A stretch of DNA of 64,000 nt from Octopus sinensis (Eukaryota), in assembly GCF_006345805.1 (NCBI RefSeq), contig NC_043002.1, positions 83,638,001 through 83,702,000 on the forward strand. The letters are read 5' to 3'. Under the pieces are notes generated by a model. It worked only from the letters and a program-made list of their open reading frames with translations. It did not search any database and was not told where the DNA came from. Shown here piece after piece: positions 37,743-50,926 of the stretch (position 1 is the first letter of the stretch; every line of letters starts with the position of its first letter). A program made the translations under genes and the position numbers.

Positions 37743-38248
37743 AGCATTATATATATATATGTGTGTGTCTATGTATGTATATCTATGTGTGTGTGTCTGT
37801 GTCTGTGTTTGTCGCCCACCACCAGTTTTGGTGCGTTTACATCCCATTAACTTAGCGTTTCGGCAAAATTGACCGATAGAATTAGCACTAGGCTTAAAAA
37901 AAAGTTCTGGGATCGATTCATTCGACTAAAACCCTCCAGGGCGGTGCCCCAGAATGGCCGCAGTCTAATGACTGAAACAAGCAAAAGAACAAAAGACAAA
38001 AATGTACATAACAATAAGATTAATAGCGTTGTCCTTGTCATGATCCCAACACGTGTTTGACGGTATAACAATTCGTTCCACTTGGTCATGTTGACCCTGA
38101 GTCAGGGCACGTTTGAAAAAAACTTTTAAAGATAAAGAGAGAAAAGAAAAGACATCCCAGGCAACGCAATAAACAAATATTGACATTTCATAATGTTTTT
38201 GGGTTTTTCTTTCTTTTTCTTTGGTTTTTTTTTTTGGTTTCTTTTTTG

Positions 38249-38348
38249 NNNNNNNNNNNNNNNNNNNNNNNNNNNNNNNNNNNNNNNNNNNNNNNNNNNN
38301 NNNNNNNNNNNNNNNNNNNNNNNNNNNNNNNNNNNNNNNNNNNNNNNN
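38249..38348. other. Assembly gap (100 N)
   Basis: A run of exactly 100 N. Contiguity across it is not guaranteed. Confidence 0.99.
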
Positions 38349-38552
38349 TTTGCTTAGCTAACAAATGGTGTCACAATAGTGAAAGGTGTGAGCAAAATTA
38401 CTGAGTAGTAAAATTATGCTGAGTAACGGGTTTTTTTTCAAGTGAAAAAGGAAGATGTCACATTTAATACATATACGTACATACACATGCATACACGCGC
38501 ACGCACGCACACACAATATATGTTTATATATCTTTATATGTGTGTATGTATG

Positions 38553-38616
<64 letters not shown>

Positions 38617-38621
38617 GCGCC

Positions 38622-38656
<35 letters not shown>

Positions 38657-38695
38657 CTATATATATATATTATATATATATATATATATTATATA

Positions 38696-39080
38696 GGCCG
38701 CAGGAGTGCTGTGTGGTAAGTAGCTTGCTAACCAGCCACATGGTTCCGGGTTCAGTCCCACTGCGTGGCATCTTGGGCAAGTGTCTTCTGCTATAGCCCC
38801 GGGCCGACCAATGCCTTGTGAGTGGATTTGGTAGACGGAAACTGAAAGAAGCCTGTGGTATATATGTATGTGTGTGTGTGTGTGTTTGCGTGTCTGTGTT
38901 TGTCCCCCAAGCATTGCTTGACAACCGATGCTGGTGTGTTTACGTCCCCGTCACTTAGCGGTTCGGCAAAAGAGACCGATAGACTGGGCTTACAAAGAAT
39001 AAGTCCCTGGGTCAATTTGCTCGACTAAAGGCGGTGCTCCAGCATGACCGCAGTCAAATGACTGAAACAAGTAAAAGAGT
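38696..39080 (+). mobile_element. SINE family A, full-length
   Basis: Near-identical to 18843-19253. Confidence 0.88.
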
Positions 39081-40288
39081 ATATATATATATATATTATT
39101 ATATATAGAGAGAGAGGAGAGAGAGAGAGAGAGAGAGAAGTAGGAAGGTGGATTAACACAAATAGGCTTAATAACAATATTTACATGGAATACAAGATAC
39201 AGAGTACAAAATAAAGGATACAAAATAAACAAAAGATGTTATGTAACAGTCTTATTTTAACAAGTGTTTCGCGTGAATCGTGACTTATGCCGCAACCACA
39301 TTCATTTCATAATAAAGATCCATAGTGTCGGATCCATTGCGTGTGTGTATGTGAGAAAGAGTGTGTGTGTGCATGTGCACGCGTGCGCGTGTGTGTGTGC
39401 AAGTACAAGTACATTCAGTCCAACCTTGTTTTATCTCCTATAAAAAACTTCTGGACAATTTATCACCGTTAACTCCAATTTTTAACATCTACGATAATTT
39501 AGAGGTGGAGCTTTTATTTTATTTTTTCCTTTGATGCCCTGACCATATATTTTAACCCTTCCCTTCTGTCTATCTTTATCTCACTGAGAAAATAATAATG
39601 TCCTTACTTTACCTAACAGCCATGTAGAATGTTCTCCTAAATTTATATGCAGTTCTCATTTAGCACTGTATACCATTCGATAAATAATTATGGATTAAAT
39701 TATTTTCTTCTGAAGATCTGGCGTACCAAGGTGATTATGCAATCATCTACATAACGATTACCGCACAACATTCTAGTATTTGTTAGTGAAACACGTGTAA
39801 AGATTATTTAATAGATGTTATTACAATAAAAAGGTAAACTAAACGTTCCATCTTAATTCTGCTCTTGTATATACATACATACATATACGCGCGAACACAC
39901 ACACACACACACACACATTATATATGTCTAAAGAACATGAATGTACTTCGATATTCTTCAGTATTTGCATGAATTTTTTCTGCAGTAGACGATGGCAAAT
40001 ATTCGTTTGATGTTTCTGCATGTTATTGAGGAGGATTTTAGTAGACTTTCAGTTTTAGCGAACAGAGGAAAGCGCAAAATTACAAACATAACGGATAAAA
40101 TCAACTAGTTTATTTTTATTCCGGCATAATAAGTAATTAATTAGATAACTAGATGCAAGAATGGGTTTGTAATTAAGAAATTAAACCGCGATCCAATTAC
40201 TACATGACATCTTGGGCAAGTGTCTCTTCTGCCATAATCATGGCCTGTCCACTACTTGTGAGGGATATATGTATTAGGAAAGTCGCTG

Positions 40289-40326
<38 letters not shown>

Positions 40327-40622
40327 CTTTGCTTAAGATAGTTTCGATTAACGCGTCTCTAGTTAACTCGGTTAATTAATTCTAACCGGTTTTTATTTAA
40401 CAGATACATTTCATACAACACAATCCGATGTAAAAGGAGAGGGAGAGGGGCGGGGTAAGAGAGATAGAAAGAGGTAGAAAGAGAGGGAGTAAGAGAGGGA
40501 GAGAGAGAGGGAGAAAGAGAGAGAGAAAAGAAGAAAATGATCCCGTAGCGAGTATACTCTGCTGCCATAGCAATGACTAGTAACAGCAGCGGAAGTCTTT
40601 ATTGTTTCAGGGTTTTTATTGT

Positions 40623-40890
40623 TTATTTCTTTGTACAGCTTTTGGCATCACTATTTCTGTCTTCCCCACCCCTATTAAGAATAGATGCAGCACGGAATTT
40701 TGTCAGTGAATAGGTCGCGGTCTCAAAGCGGCGAAAATATTTTGGCAAATTAAATTTAAATGTTGAAGTGAATCTAATGGGTTTTGTGTGTTTCTTAAAT
40801 GGCTTATAAACACCTTCTACGCTGCAATTGTTTTCGTTCCAGCACACGATCTCAGATCAGGTCACTTGCTATGCAAGTACATCTCCGTAA
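40623..40890 (+). mobile_element. Short repeat carrying a variant hammerhead (Penelope-like pLTR-type)
   Basis: Contains the motif at 40699-40749. Boundaries are approximate. Confidence 0.45.
40699..40749 (+). ncRNA. Minimal type I hammerhead motif with swapped 3-8 pair (G3/U8)
   Basis: TTTGTCA-GTGAATA-g-GTCGC-ggtctcaaa-GCGGC-GAAA-ATAT-T-T-TGGCAAA. 7-bp stem I, 5-bp stem II, palindromic AATATT stem III. Confidence 0.6.
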
Positions 40891-41120
40891 GAATATCTTT
40901 CCCGTTAGCAATGGGATGGGAAAATGACTGAAAAATGGTCGTACTGAAAACAAAAATAAAGGCGGAAAGCTTTTACTTTAGGAAGAAACTTGAAAAAAAA
41001 GTTAAGTTCTAATAAGTTCATTAGAAAGTCAGAGAGTGTCCACTCATTTGGAGTGAATGAACCAACTGTACACACTACGTTAAAAGATGAAGAGTACAAG
41101 AAATTATAAGTGGGTGGAAC

Positions 41121-41250
41121 TACATGGTTCCAGGTTCAGTCCCACTGCGTGGCACCTTGGGCAAGTGTCTTCTACTATAGCCTCGGGTCGACCAAAGCCT
41201 TGTGAGTGGATTTGGTAGACGGAAACTGAAACAAGCCCATCGCATATATG

Positions 41251-41295
<45 letters not shown>

Positions 41296-41522
41296 ATCTT
41301 TGTGTGTGTGTATATGTTTGTGTGTCTGTGTTTGTCCCCCCCCCCAACATCGCTTGACAACCGATGCTGGTGTGTTTACGTTACTTAGCGGTTCGGCAAA
41401 AAAGAACGATAGAATAAGTACTAGGCTTACAAAGAATAAGTCTTGGGATCGATTTGCTCGACTAAAGGCGGTGCTCCAGCATGGCCACAGTCAAATGACT
41501 GAAACAAGTAAAATAGTAAAAA
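41121..41522 (+). mobile_element. SINE family A, 5'-truncated
   Basis: Homologous to 18885-19253, with an expanded internal (TA)n. Confidence 0.85.
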
Positions 41523-41875
41523 AAATATATAGAAATTAATAATTAGTTGTGGGTGATTCGAAAACTTCAAGTAACAGTCTGCATTGCACAGCGTAAGAAT
41601 CTAGGCAGCATCTGCTAGCACTGATAAAGTAGCTCTATTTACTCTCTTACTCCTTTACATGTTTTAGTCATTGTACTTCGGCCATACTAGAGCCACGCTT
41701 AGTACTTATTTAACGCCTGGTACTTCTTCCATTGAAACTACAACATTTAGATCACGGATGGAACACCCCTGACCACTGGGCCACGCACTTTCACGACTGG
41801 GACAATATAAGTATGTGAAAGCATAAACAAATGCGATAGATAAATAGGTTGAGAGACAGAGAGTGAGATAGAGAT

Positions 41876-41920
<45 letters not shown>

Positions 41921-42390
41921 CAGACAGACAGACAGACAAGCAGGCAGACAGACAGACAAACAGACAGAGAAATTTCAGAAGGTTGGCTATGTTAGTGACA
42001 GGTTTGCACCTCGGTAAGAAAAATATATTTGTCCTTCATTTACATGACGCCAATTGAAAGTGACATTAATAGATGATAGCTTCTAAATGAAAGCAAGAAG
42101 GTCCTTGTAAGGAAACCAAGCAGAAATCTGTATTGTCCGTCATATATAACAACCGTTTCTGTTATTTTATAACTGCATCCCACTTCCTAGCCGACACTGA
42201 ACCGGACGTGAAGGTTTATGAAGCAATATTATCATACAATGTCAAGTTTCTGTTATTTTACCTAACGAGAAAGACGTCGTTTGTATATGTGTGTGTATGT
42301 GTGTTTGTGTGTGTGTGTGAATGTATGTGTGTATACGTATACATATGTACATATGTATACGTATATGTATGCGTGTGCGTATGTGTGCAC

Positions 42391-42437
<47 letters not shown>

Positions 42438-42510
42438 TATATATATACATACGTACATGTATGTTTGTGTGTGTGTGTGTGTGTATATGAGAGTGTGTGT
42501 GTGTGTGTGT

Positions 42511-42546
<36 letters not shown>

Positions 42547-43555
42547 CGTGTGTGTGTGTGTATCATTTAGACACAGAGATACACATTTTGAAGACAGATA
42601 CAAACGAGTAGATCTACCGCAGTATTTTACAGATACTTTCTGCTCTCGATTGGCAAAGATGAAAAACTAAGTTGATGTGAGAGTGATTTAAACACAGAAG
42701 TTATAAAGAGATATACGTAAATACTTCGAGACATTTTCTTCGATGCTCTACCGTTTCGCACCGATTGAATAACATCGATGATGAATTTTCAATATGGGCA
42801 CCAAGCCAGTACATATAAAGCTGGCCGTTGGTAACTTCAGAATCTTCCCTTTGCGGATCTTATCTTTCTTTCCGGCTAGCTATTTTGATAATCCATAACG
42901 ATGCAGAATCGTAAGCGCATCGAACAAAAATACTTAATGGCATTTCTTCTCGCTTTTATGTCTTGAGCTCAAATACCATCGAGGTCGACTTTGCCTTTCA
43001 TCCTGCGGAGTTAATGAAATAAGTATCAGTCGAGCACTAGGGCCGATGTTATCAACAATTTCCCCTCCACCAAAATTTTAGGCCTGGTGATTTTTAACAA
43101 TATCTGGTCAATTAGCTTTGATTTCCTTGTCTATGTGAGGAAGCATATCCCGGAACATAGACGCTGTGCCATCCCTGGAGACCTTTCTTAGTGAATTACT
43201 TGTATACTATTTCTTTCCTGTCAACGTTTCAATGTGCAGGGATATGTTTGTGCATATATTCCTTTTTGGTTTAGACTGGGCAGCCAGAAATGATTTGGTT
43301 GTTTGTTTTTTTTCTCCATATCCACATACTCTTAAGTTACTGTATTTTGCTTCTTTATATGTTTTAGGTGGTTTCTTGTGGGAAAGCTTTGATCAAGAAC
43401 CCTTCACTTTCTGAGTTGGGTCCCGCGCTTTTGAGTCTTGAGATTTTTCTCTTTACTATTGCAACTGTGTTCAGCTTTTTCTGTTATTGGCCATGTAGGG
43501 ATTTTTCTTGCCATTTCATCATTTTATTCTGTAGTCCCAAATTTGGTCCCGATTT

Positions 43556-43556
<1 letters not shown>

Positions 43557-43603
<47 letters not shown>

Positions 43604-43606
43604 CAA

Positions 43607-43642
<36 letters not shown>

Positions 43643-43726
43643 TAGCAGCAACAACAGCAGCAGCTGCAGTAGTAGTAGTAGTAGTAGTAGTAGTAGCAGC
43701 AGCAGCAACAACAGCAGTAGCAGCAA

Positions 43727-43765
<39 letters not shown>

Positions 43766-43777
43766 TAGTAGTAGTAG
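43557..43777. repeat. Compound (AGT)n/(AGC)n trinucleotide repeat
   Basis: Alternating agt and agc/aac blocks; source of the poly-S/V/L ORFs. Confidence 0.95.
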
Positions 43778-46251
43778 TTGCCGTCGTTGTTGTATGCTTT
43801 AATATTAATGCTTTAAGTGTTAAAAAGCTTAATGTTAGTGTTTGACAGTGAAAGCTTAATAGTGTTAATGATTTAGTGCTAAAACCTAAACCGCATATTT
43901 TGTATTTCTATGTTTATTTTTGTTTTCCTTTCTGTGAATTTTCAGAGACTTCGTCATCGGACGTTTCAATTCCAACTGCAGGCGGGATTTCAAACGCAAA
44001 GTGTGTGCATCTTCATTCAGTCCTTGGTTTCGACAATTAAACAGTTTGTTTCTCAACATAGCTTCTCATTCTCACAGTCATTTACCATCATAGTCACTTC
44101 TTTCCTTCACCATTTGTTTTTCTTTAATTATCTTGCTCATTTGTTTTCCAACTTTTGACATTTCTCCGCCTTATTCACCAACCAATATTGACTTGATCTT
44201 CGCCTTTTTCTTGTTTCAGGCTTTTTTTCTTTTCTTTATTTTTCTCTTTTACTTTATATTGAATTAACTGCTGGTACTTTTTCTGTCTGCTCTTTATATA
44301 TATCCCCTCACTGGCTCGGCATCTTGTTATCGTTGTTGTTATTGTTGTTGTTATTATTGTCATTGTTGCTCCTGTTCTTTAGCCCTAGGTTAAAGACGGC
44401 GAGCTGGAAAAATCATTGGAGCATCAGAGAAATGCCATGCGGTATTTGTTCCAGCACTTTACATTCTCAGTTCAAATCCTGCTGTGATCAACTTTGTTAT
44501 TCAACCTTTCTAAACCGATAACTTAAAGTACCAGTCAAATATTTGGATCAGTGGTATTGACTAACTTCCTCCCTTCAAAATGCTGATATTGTCCTAAATT
44601 AGAAATAGTGGCTTCGCCACAAGTTTGCACTGCGATCAACCATCATTGACAAGTGATTGTCACGTCTTCGTTGAAGGCGCAACGTATTCCGAATTACATC
44701 ATCCTGCATACATATATCCTTCCTTTTTAAAGTTGATAAGGCTGATCTGAGGGAATTTTAGCTGCTATATCTAACAGGTTAAATTACTACACTGAGATAC
44801 ATTTTTCAGTTTGTTTTGATTACAAATGATATTGATATCGTCTGTTCCATTTTTTTTTACAATATCTTCAAATATCACTCACAGTTATAGTTGTAGACAT
44901 TTGGTATGACTTAATCAAAGAAGGAAGGAAGCACCTTATGCCCCTTTTCACGATCTGGGTTATTTGGGGGTGAAACAGGAAGTTGTCTTCAGACCAGTGA
45001 CTCGTCCCAAATGTTTGCAAGGGAATGCACTTCGATAAAGTCAACCAGCGATATGGAGGGGATTCTAAACTAGACGACGGTTTAATATCACCCCTTGATA
45101 TTCAACAGATTTTTACACAATTTCCTTCAAATTTTACGCACAAGTCTTTGGTCGAATTGAGGATATAATAGGGAAACCAAGCAAAAATCTGTATTGTCCA
45201 TCATATATAACAGCCGTTTGTTATTTTATAACTGCATCCCACTTCCGAGTCGAAGTGGGTACTTTGTTATCTTCTAAAGCACTGGCTCTCAACCAATTTT
45301 TACCTATTGTCCACTTTGATATCTATTTTACACGGGTGGACCATCATAGCCATTCAATGTTTTTTAAAAAAACCTATTATCCCTCTATAATTAAATATTA
45401 TTAGGAATTGTATTAAAAAATTGTTAAAATATTGTGTTGTAGAAATATAACCAATTTATTGCACATAGATTTCAACAAAAAAAAATTATATTCACCCCCA
45501 CACCCAAACAGGGGCCATGTAGACCCCGGCTGGGAACCACTGTTCTAAAGTATGGCTTTATCTGCTTTTATTTCTAACTTTCAACATGGTGGTAATCTTG
45601 GCACAACCTTAAGGTGTCGGAAACCAATCCTTGTCGTTCTTTCTCGGCCCTTTACATGCTGAGTTCAAATCCTGCTGAGGTTAGCTTTACCTTTCGAGAT
45701 TGATAAAGTACAAGTTTGTTTTAGTCATAAAATGTCGTCGGTCCCTCTCCTTCGAATATTCCCTTTGAAAAGAAAATTATCATCGAAGGCAATCGTTTCG
45801 CTTTCAACTATAATGATGAGAGTGGTTCGTGAAGCGGTTGTAAGCCTTTCGATGGCAACTAGTAAAACAATAAAATTTTTGAAAAATGCAATGATTAAAC
45901 AACCATGAGTGGGGAACAGAACCAAATTCCGCATTCATGGTGACAAGGCCTCTACAGTGAATTTGTTGCTACTTCCGGTTGCACGATTTTATTCTTAGAA
46001 ATTGTCCCGCACATACCCACATCCTCCTCTCTACCTGCCTGTTCATCAGCCATTGCCTTGCTGAACACGTTATGGCCCTAGAAGAAATAATTTAAACAGC
46101 TTGTGTAAAACTTATGCATAATGTTTTGGCAAGCAATAGGTCTATGGTTTTCTGTCAAGTCAGTGTTTTCATTGCTAGCTTTAAGATTTGTCTGAGCTAT
46201 CTCAAGCCAGTTTGGTATGCCAAGTTGGCTTTCTGCAGTTCTTTTTAAAGG

Positions 46252-46310
<59 letters not shown>

Positions 46311-46689
46311 GTGATTTCTACAATTCTTTTAAACATGTGTGTGTGTGCATGTGCGCGTGTGCGTGCGTGCGTATGTGTCTGTGTGTGTGTATGACTTTCT
46401 CTAGTGTTTACATTTTGTTTCATTATCCAACTATTAGATTTTTCTCTCTGTTTTGTTACAGATCTTTTAAATGTTTTGAAGTCGATAGTGCATATTTACA
46501 GTTGTTCCTTTCGTGTACTGTATTCACTACTGGTTGCACTAATTTATTTATGCATTACGGTTGAAGTTATTTTTCATGTCCAAGATCTTAGACTAAAACT
46601 ATTCTATGATCCTCTGAGAAGGGGATTTTCACAGAAATATTAACTTTCATTTTCCGATACACAGTTTGGATAATAAATGACTCGTTGAT

Positions 46690-47360
46690 GTAAGCTGGTA
46701 GAATCGTTTGCACAGCGAGCAAAATGCTTAGCAGTACTTCGTCCGTCTTTTCATCTTGTATTCAAATTCCGTCGAGGTCGACTTTGCCTTTCACCCCTCT
46801 CAGGGTCGACTAAATAAGTACCAGTTGAACACTGGGGTCGACGTAAACTACTTTCCCTCTCTCGCGAAATTGCTGGCCTTGTGCCATAGTTTGAAACCAA
46901 TATTAAGATGGGCGAAGGCAGCGAGCTGGCAGAATCGTTAGCACACCAGCGGTGAGATGCCAGAAACGCTAGCACGCCGGACGAAATGCTTAGCGGTATT
47001 TCGTCTGTCATTACGTTCTGAGTTCAAATTCCGCCGAGGTCGACTTCGCTTTTCATCCTTTTGGAGTCGATAAGTTAAGTACCAGTTGTGTACTGGAGTC
47101 AATCTGATCGACTGGCCCCCTCCCCCAAAATTTCGGGCTTTGTGCCTAGAGTAGAAAAGAATCGTTAGTACAGCGGGGAAAATGCTTAATAATATTTCGT
47201 CCGCCTTTATGTTCTGTGCTTAAATTCCGTCGAGATCGGCTTGGCCTTTCATCCCTTTCGGGATCGTTAAAATAAATATCATTTGAGTACCGGGGTCGAT
47301 GTAATCAACAGGCCCCCTCCTCGAAAATTTCAAACCTTCTTCGTGTAATAGAAAAGAATA
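46690..47360 (+). mobile_element. Cluster of 3-4 tandem or nested SINE family B copies
   Basis: The unit gagctggcagaatcgttagcac...gtcgactttgcctttcatcc...aagtaccagttg...ggggtcg recurs in the same orientation. Confidence 0.8.
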
Positions 47361-47789
47361 ATGATTCGTTTCGATAAGAGAGTTCCTCACTCAAAGTGGT
47401 AACCTTTGATGGTTGACTCAACCCGTTGCTTGATTTAATACCACTACTTGGCTCTTGTATACTTTATGCTAAATCCAGTCAGTTGCAAGCATTCGGGATG
47501 GGCCCTCGGCCGGTGGATAACTCCTTCTACGAAACACGGAAACTCCGAAAAGAGTAACTGGTCGCTGCCTCCTTGCTCTCAGCCGGTACATATAGAAAAA
47601 TGTATGAGTTAAAAGTATTAACCTCCCCTCAACAATACTGAGTGTAGAATTTCCGTACATTAGAGAAAGTTTTTTATTTTTTTCCATAAGATTTAGTGGG
47701 TCCATGAGGAATTTATTACTCACATACTGATTACGATGGTACCTAACTATCTTGTGTGCGGTTCAACTTATTTCGTTTCTTGTGTTCAT

Positions 47790-48022
47790 TTTACTTGTTT
47801 CAGTTATTAGACTGCGGCCATGCTGGGGCACTACCTTCAAGAGTTTGTAGACGAATCAATCGACTCCAGTACTAATTTGTTTAAAAGCCTGGTACTTATT
47901 TTAATGGTCTCTTTTGCCGAACCACTAAGTTACAGGAACGTAAACACATCAGCACCGGTTCTTAAGCAGTGGCGACCCCTCCCCCCACATACATACATAC
48001 ATATATACATATATATATACAC

Positions 48023-48067
<45 letters not shown>

Positions 48068-48125
48068 GCACACACACACACACACACACCACACACACAC
48101 ACACACAACACACATATATATATAT

Positions 48126-48185
<60 letters not shown>

Positions 48186-48348
48186 ATACGACGGGGATCT
48201 GTCAGTCTCCGTCTAACAAATCTTTTCACAACAAGGTTTTGGTCGACCCGAAGCTATAGAAGACACTTGACCAAGGTTCTACGAAGTGGGACTGAGCCCG
48301 CAACCATACGTTTGAGAAGCAAGCTTCTTACCACACCACCACACCTGC
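47790..48348 (-). mobile_element. SINE family A, diverged, with expanded internal microsatellite
   Basis: Reverse-complement homolog with a ~200-bp (CA)/(TA) block in the middle. Confidence 0.75.
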
Positions 48349-48594
48349 ACTTTGTTAATGTATTTTCGTTGTTCTTTTAATCTCTATTAACGCTGTTCAC
48401 CTGGATAGCATATGTTTGGTAAATAATTTTATTACTTTGTATTCTATTTGCATCTTCTAGGTCATTGGGCCTCAAACTGACAAATACCACCAGCTCCTCT
48501 CTCACCCTACGCTCACAAAAACATATTTTTACTACCCCGCTTTCTTCACCATGGTGTTTAAATATTTGAATGTTTAAAATAATCTAAATGTTAT

Positions 48595-48907
48595 TATCAC
48601 GTGATCACGTAACCGACCAGGCTATCAGATGTTGCTACACATCGCTGGTCACAATGCGCTTGGCCTTGTTTTAGCCTTCAAATGACGCCACCCCGCTGGC
48701 TAAGCGAGCAGGCCAACAGAAGAAAGAGTGAGAGGAAGTTGCGGCGAAAGAGTGCAACAGGGGTCGCCACCACCCCCTGCCGGAGCCTCGTGGAGCTTTT
48801 AGGTGTTTCCGCTCAATAAACACTCACAACGCCCGGTATGGGAATCGAAACCGTGATCCTACGACCGCGTGTCCGCTGCCCTAACCACTGGGCCACTGCA
48901 TTTCCAC
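48595..48907 (-). mobile_element. SINE family D, tail type 3
   Basis: Family D head plus the tail gcttagccagcggggtggcgtcatttg...gtgatcacgtgat, also seen degraded at 51890-51990. Confidence 0.8.
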
Positions 48908-49245
48908 AAATGTTATTATAAACATTGCAATTTGTTTGTCTCTTTTTCAATCCACAGTACTCTACCCCATAAGAAACACTGTCTTAAGTGCTGTTTTAGA
49001 TTGAAAGCAGTTGTATTAAAAGAAATACTAATGCTCCAATGTGTGTTGTTGCATACTGGTGCTTAAGTATTATTCGCAGTGATCTGATCAATAACTTTTA
49101 AATATGAGGGTGGGTAGACTTTTTTTAATTATCCTCAAACTATAATTGCAACTTATTTTTTCGAATTGATTTAATGCATTTTTTAATATATATTTTATAT
49201 AGAAGTGTATAAACTTTGTGCGCACACACACACATACATATATGC

Positions 49246-49321
<76 letters not shown>

Positions 49322-49699
49322 TATCTACACGAAACTATATTAGTGATGAGTGATAATAATGGAAATGGGGATAAAGGCGGTAATTTGTTTTCTTGCTCTC
49401 TTCTATAGAAGAAAATCGACTATATGTGGGAAAAACGAAGGATTTCTGTTGTCTAAACTGCTTATCTCGAAACGGGTTTGAAGTGGTTAAAGTTTGCTGG
49501 ATTTCATCCCAATAATTCTTCAACCGCTTCATATAGCCGACACAAGGATTTTTGAGAGTTTTCTAATACCACTGGAATAAATCTTGATTTGAATGTAAAG
49601 ATCGGGTGACATAGACAGAATATTTGAAAATGTACATCTGTTGTTGGCGACATCATATATGAGTGTTTTTCTCTGAGAAGTATTTAAGTTCTTTGCGGA

Positions 49700-50410
49700 A
49701 TTCAAACTGGTCGTGACAGAAGTAACATTACTTGTTATGTATATATGTATGTCTCTTCTATTTTTTAATTATTATAAATCTTCCACTGAGAAACACAGAC
49801 AAATTCACATTTGGAACTTGAGAAAAGTTTTGCATATTTTTAATGTTCCACTCACAGATTGCACTTGTAATGTACAAATTAGCTGGTCAATTTCTCTTTC
49901 TGAAAATCCCAGTTTATCTACATTCTCCTTTAAGCATTTGCAAACAAAAGCTACTGCTCCAATTATTATTGGTATGAATATGAATTCATAGTCTGGATAT
50001 AGAAGCTGGAGGTTTTGAGGCAGTTGTCTATAGACATCCTCCTTTTCTTTGTTTTTCAAAGAGATATCTATATCTAACTTCTGTGATGGTACATACCTTT
50101 GCCCCTCTATCCCAAACAACAATATCCGGCTTGTTATGCTTACATTTAACAAAAGTTTTGATGGGAATATTCCACCAGTATTCCTTGAGTTTATGGATGT
50201 ATTCCATAATAGAGGGATTTTCTAAGTTGATTTCAGGACAGTCTTTTTTCGCGGATGGCATTGTAAATTGTTTTAGCAACAACCTTGTGCCGCATAGGGA
50301 GGTAGTAACGTGATGACATTTTAGGACAGCTGCTAATCACATGCGTGATGTCTTCTCAGAAACATGACATGGCCTACACATGCGGTTGCACTTTAGATTA
50401 CAAGAGCGTC
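49700..50410 (-). pseudogene. 3' fragment of an RLE-encoding non-LTR retrotransposon (R4/Dong-like)
   Basis: CRPC...DITHVISSCPKMSSRYYLPMRHKVVAK (CCHC plus RH motif), HNKPDIVVWD...TEV (PD..E nuclease), KE..Y..L, IPIIIGAV. Stop at 49805. Frameshifted. Confidence 0.82.
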
Positions 50411-50580
50411 GTATGTATGTATGTATGTATGTATGTATGTATGTATGTATGTATGTATGTATGTATGTATGTATGTATGTATGCATGTATACGCATGTAA
50501 ACATTATGTATGTGCATCGATATATATGTGTGTATATGTATGAGCGGGTGTATATGGACGCGTGTTGTATGTATGTATGT

Positions 50581-50811
50581 GGCGGCGAGCTGGTAGAAAC
50601 GTTAGCACGCTGGACGAAATGCGTAGCCGTATTTCGTCTGCCGCTATGTTCTGAGTTCAAATTCCGCCGAGGTCGACTTTGCCTTTCATCCTTTCGGGGT
50701 GGATTAAATAAGTACCAGTTACGCACTGGGGTCGATATAATTGACTTAATCCGTTTGTCTGTCCTTGTTTGTCCTCTCTGTGTTTAGCCCCATGTGGGTA
50801 GTAAAGAAATA
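50581..50811 (+). mobile_element. SINE family B1, full-length
   Basis: tRNA-like head ggcggcgagctggtagaaacgttagc...gagttcaaattcc, central gcctttcatcctttcgggg...aagtaccag, tail ttgtctgtccttgtttgtcctctctgtgtttagcccc...gtaaagaaata. Confidence 0.88.
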
Positions 50812-50887
50812 CGTATATGAATGCGTGTATGCACGCATATAATCATTAATGCATTTATACGTGTGGATAGAGAGATGCGTGTTTGTG

Positions 50888-50926
<39 letters not shown>

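Noticed and set aside
39250-39320. Possible minus-strand hammerhead (…cacgcGAAAcacttgtta)
   Set aside because: No CUGANGA-compatible core at the right spacing and poor stems.
40560-40600. RFX X-box/ETS-like motifs (gctgccatagcaat, gcggaagt)
   Set aside because: Two mismatches to the X-box and no linked gene; expected by chance.
43368-43845. Poly-Ser/Val/Leu ORFs
   Set aside because: Products of the (AGT)/(AGC) repeat.
43788-44325. Solo LTR candidate (TGTTG end; minus-strand TATA and AATAAA)
   Set aside because: The second terminus and TSD could not be identified.
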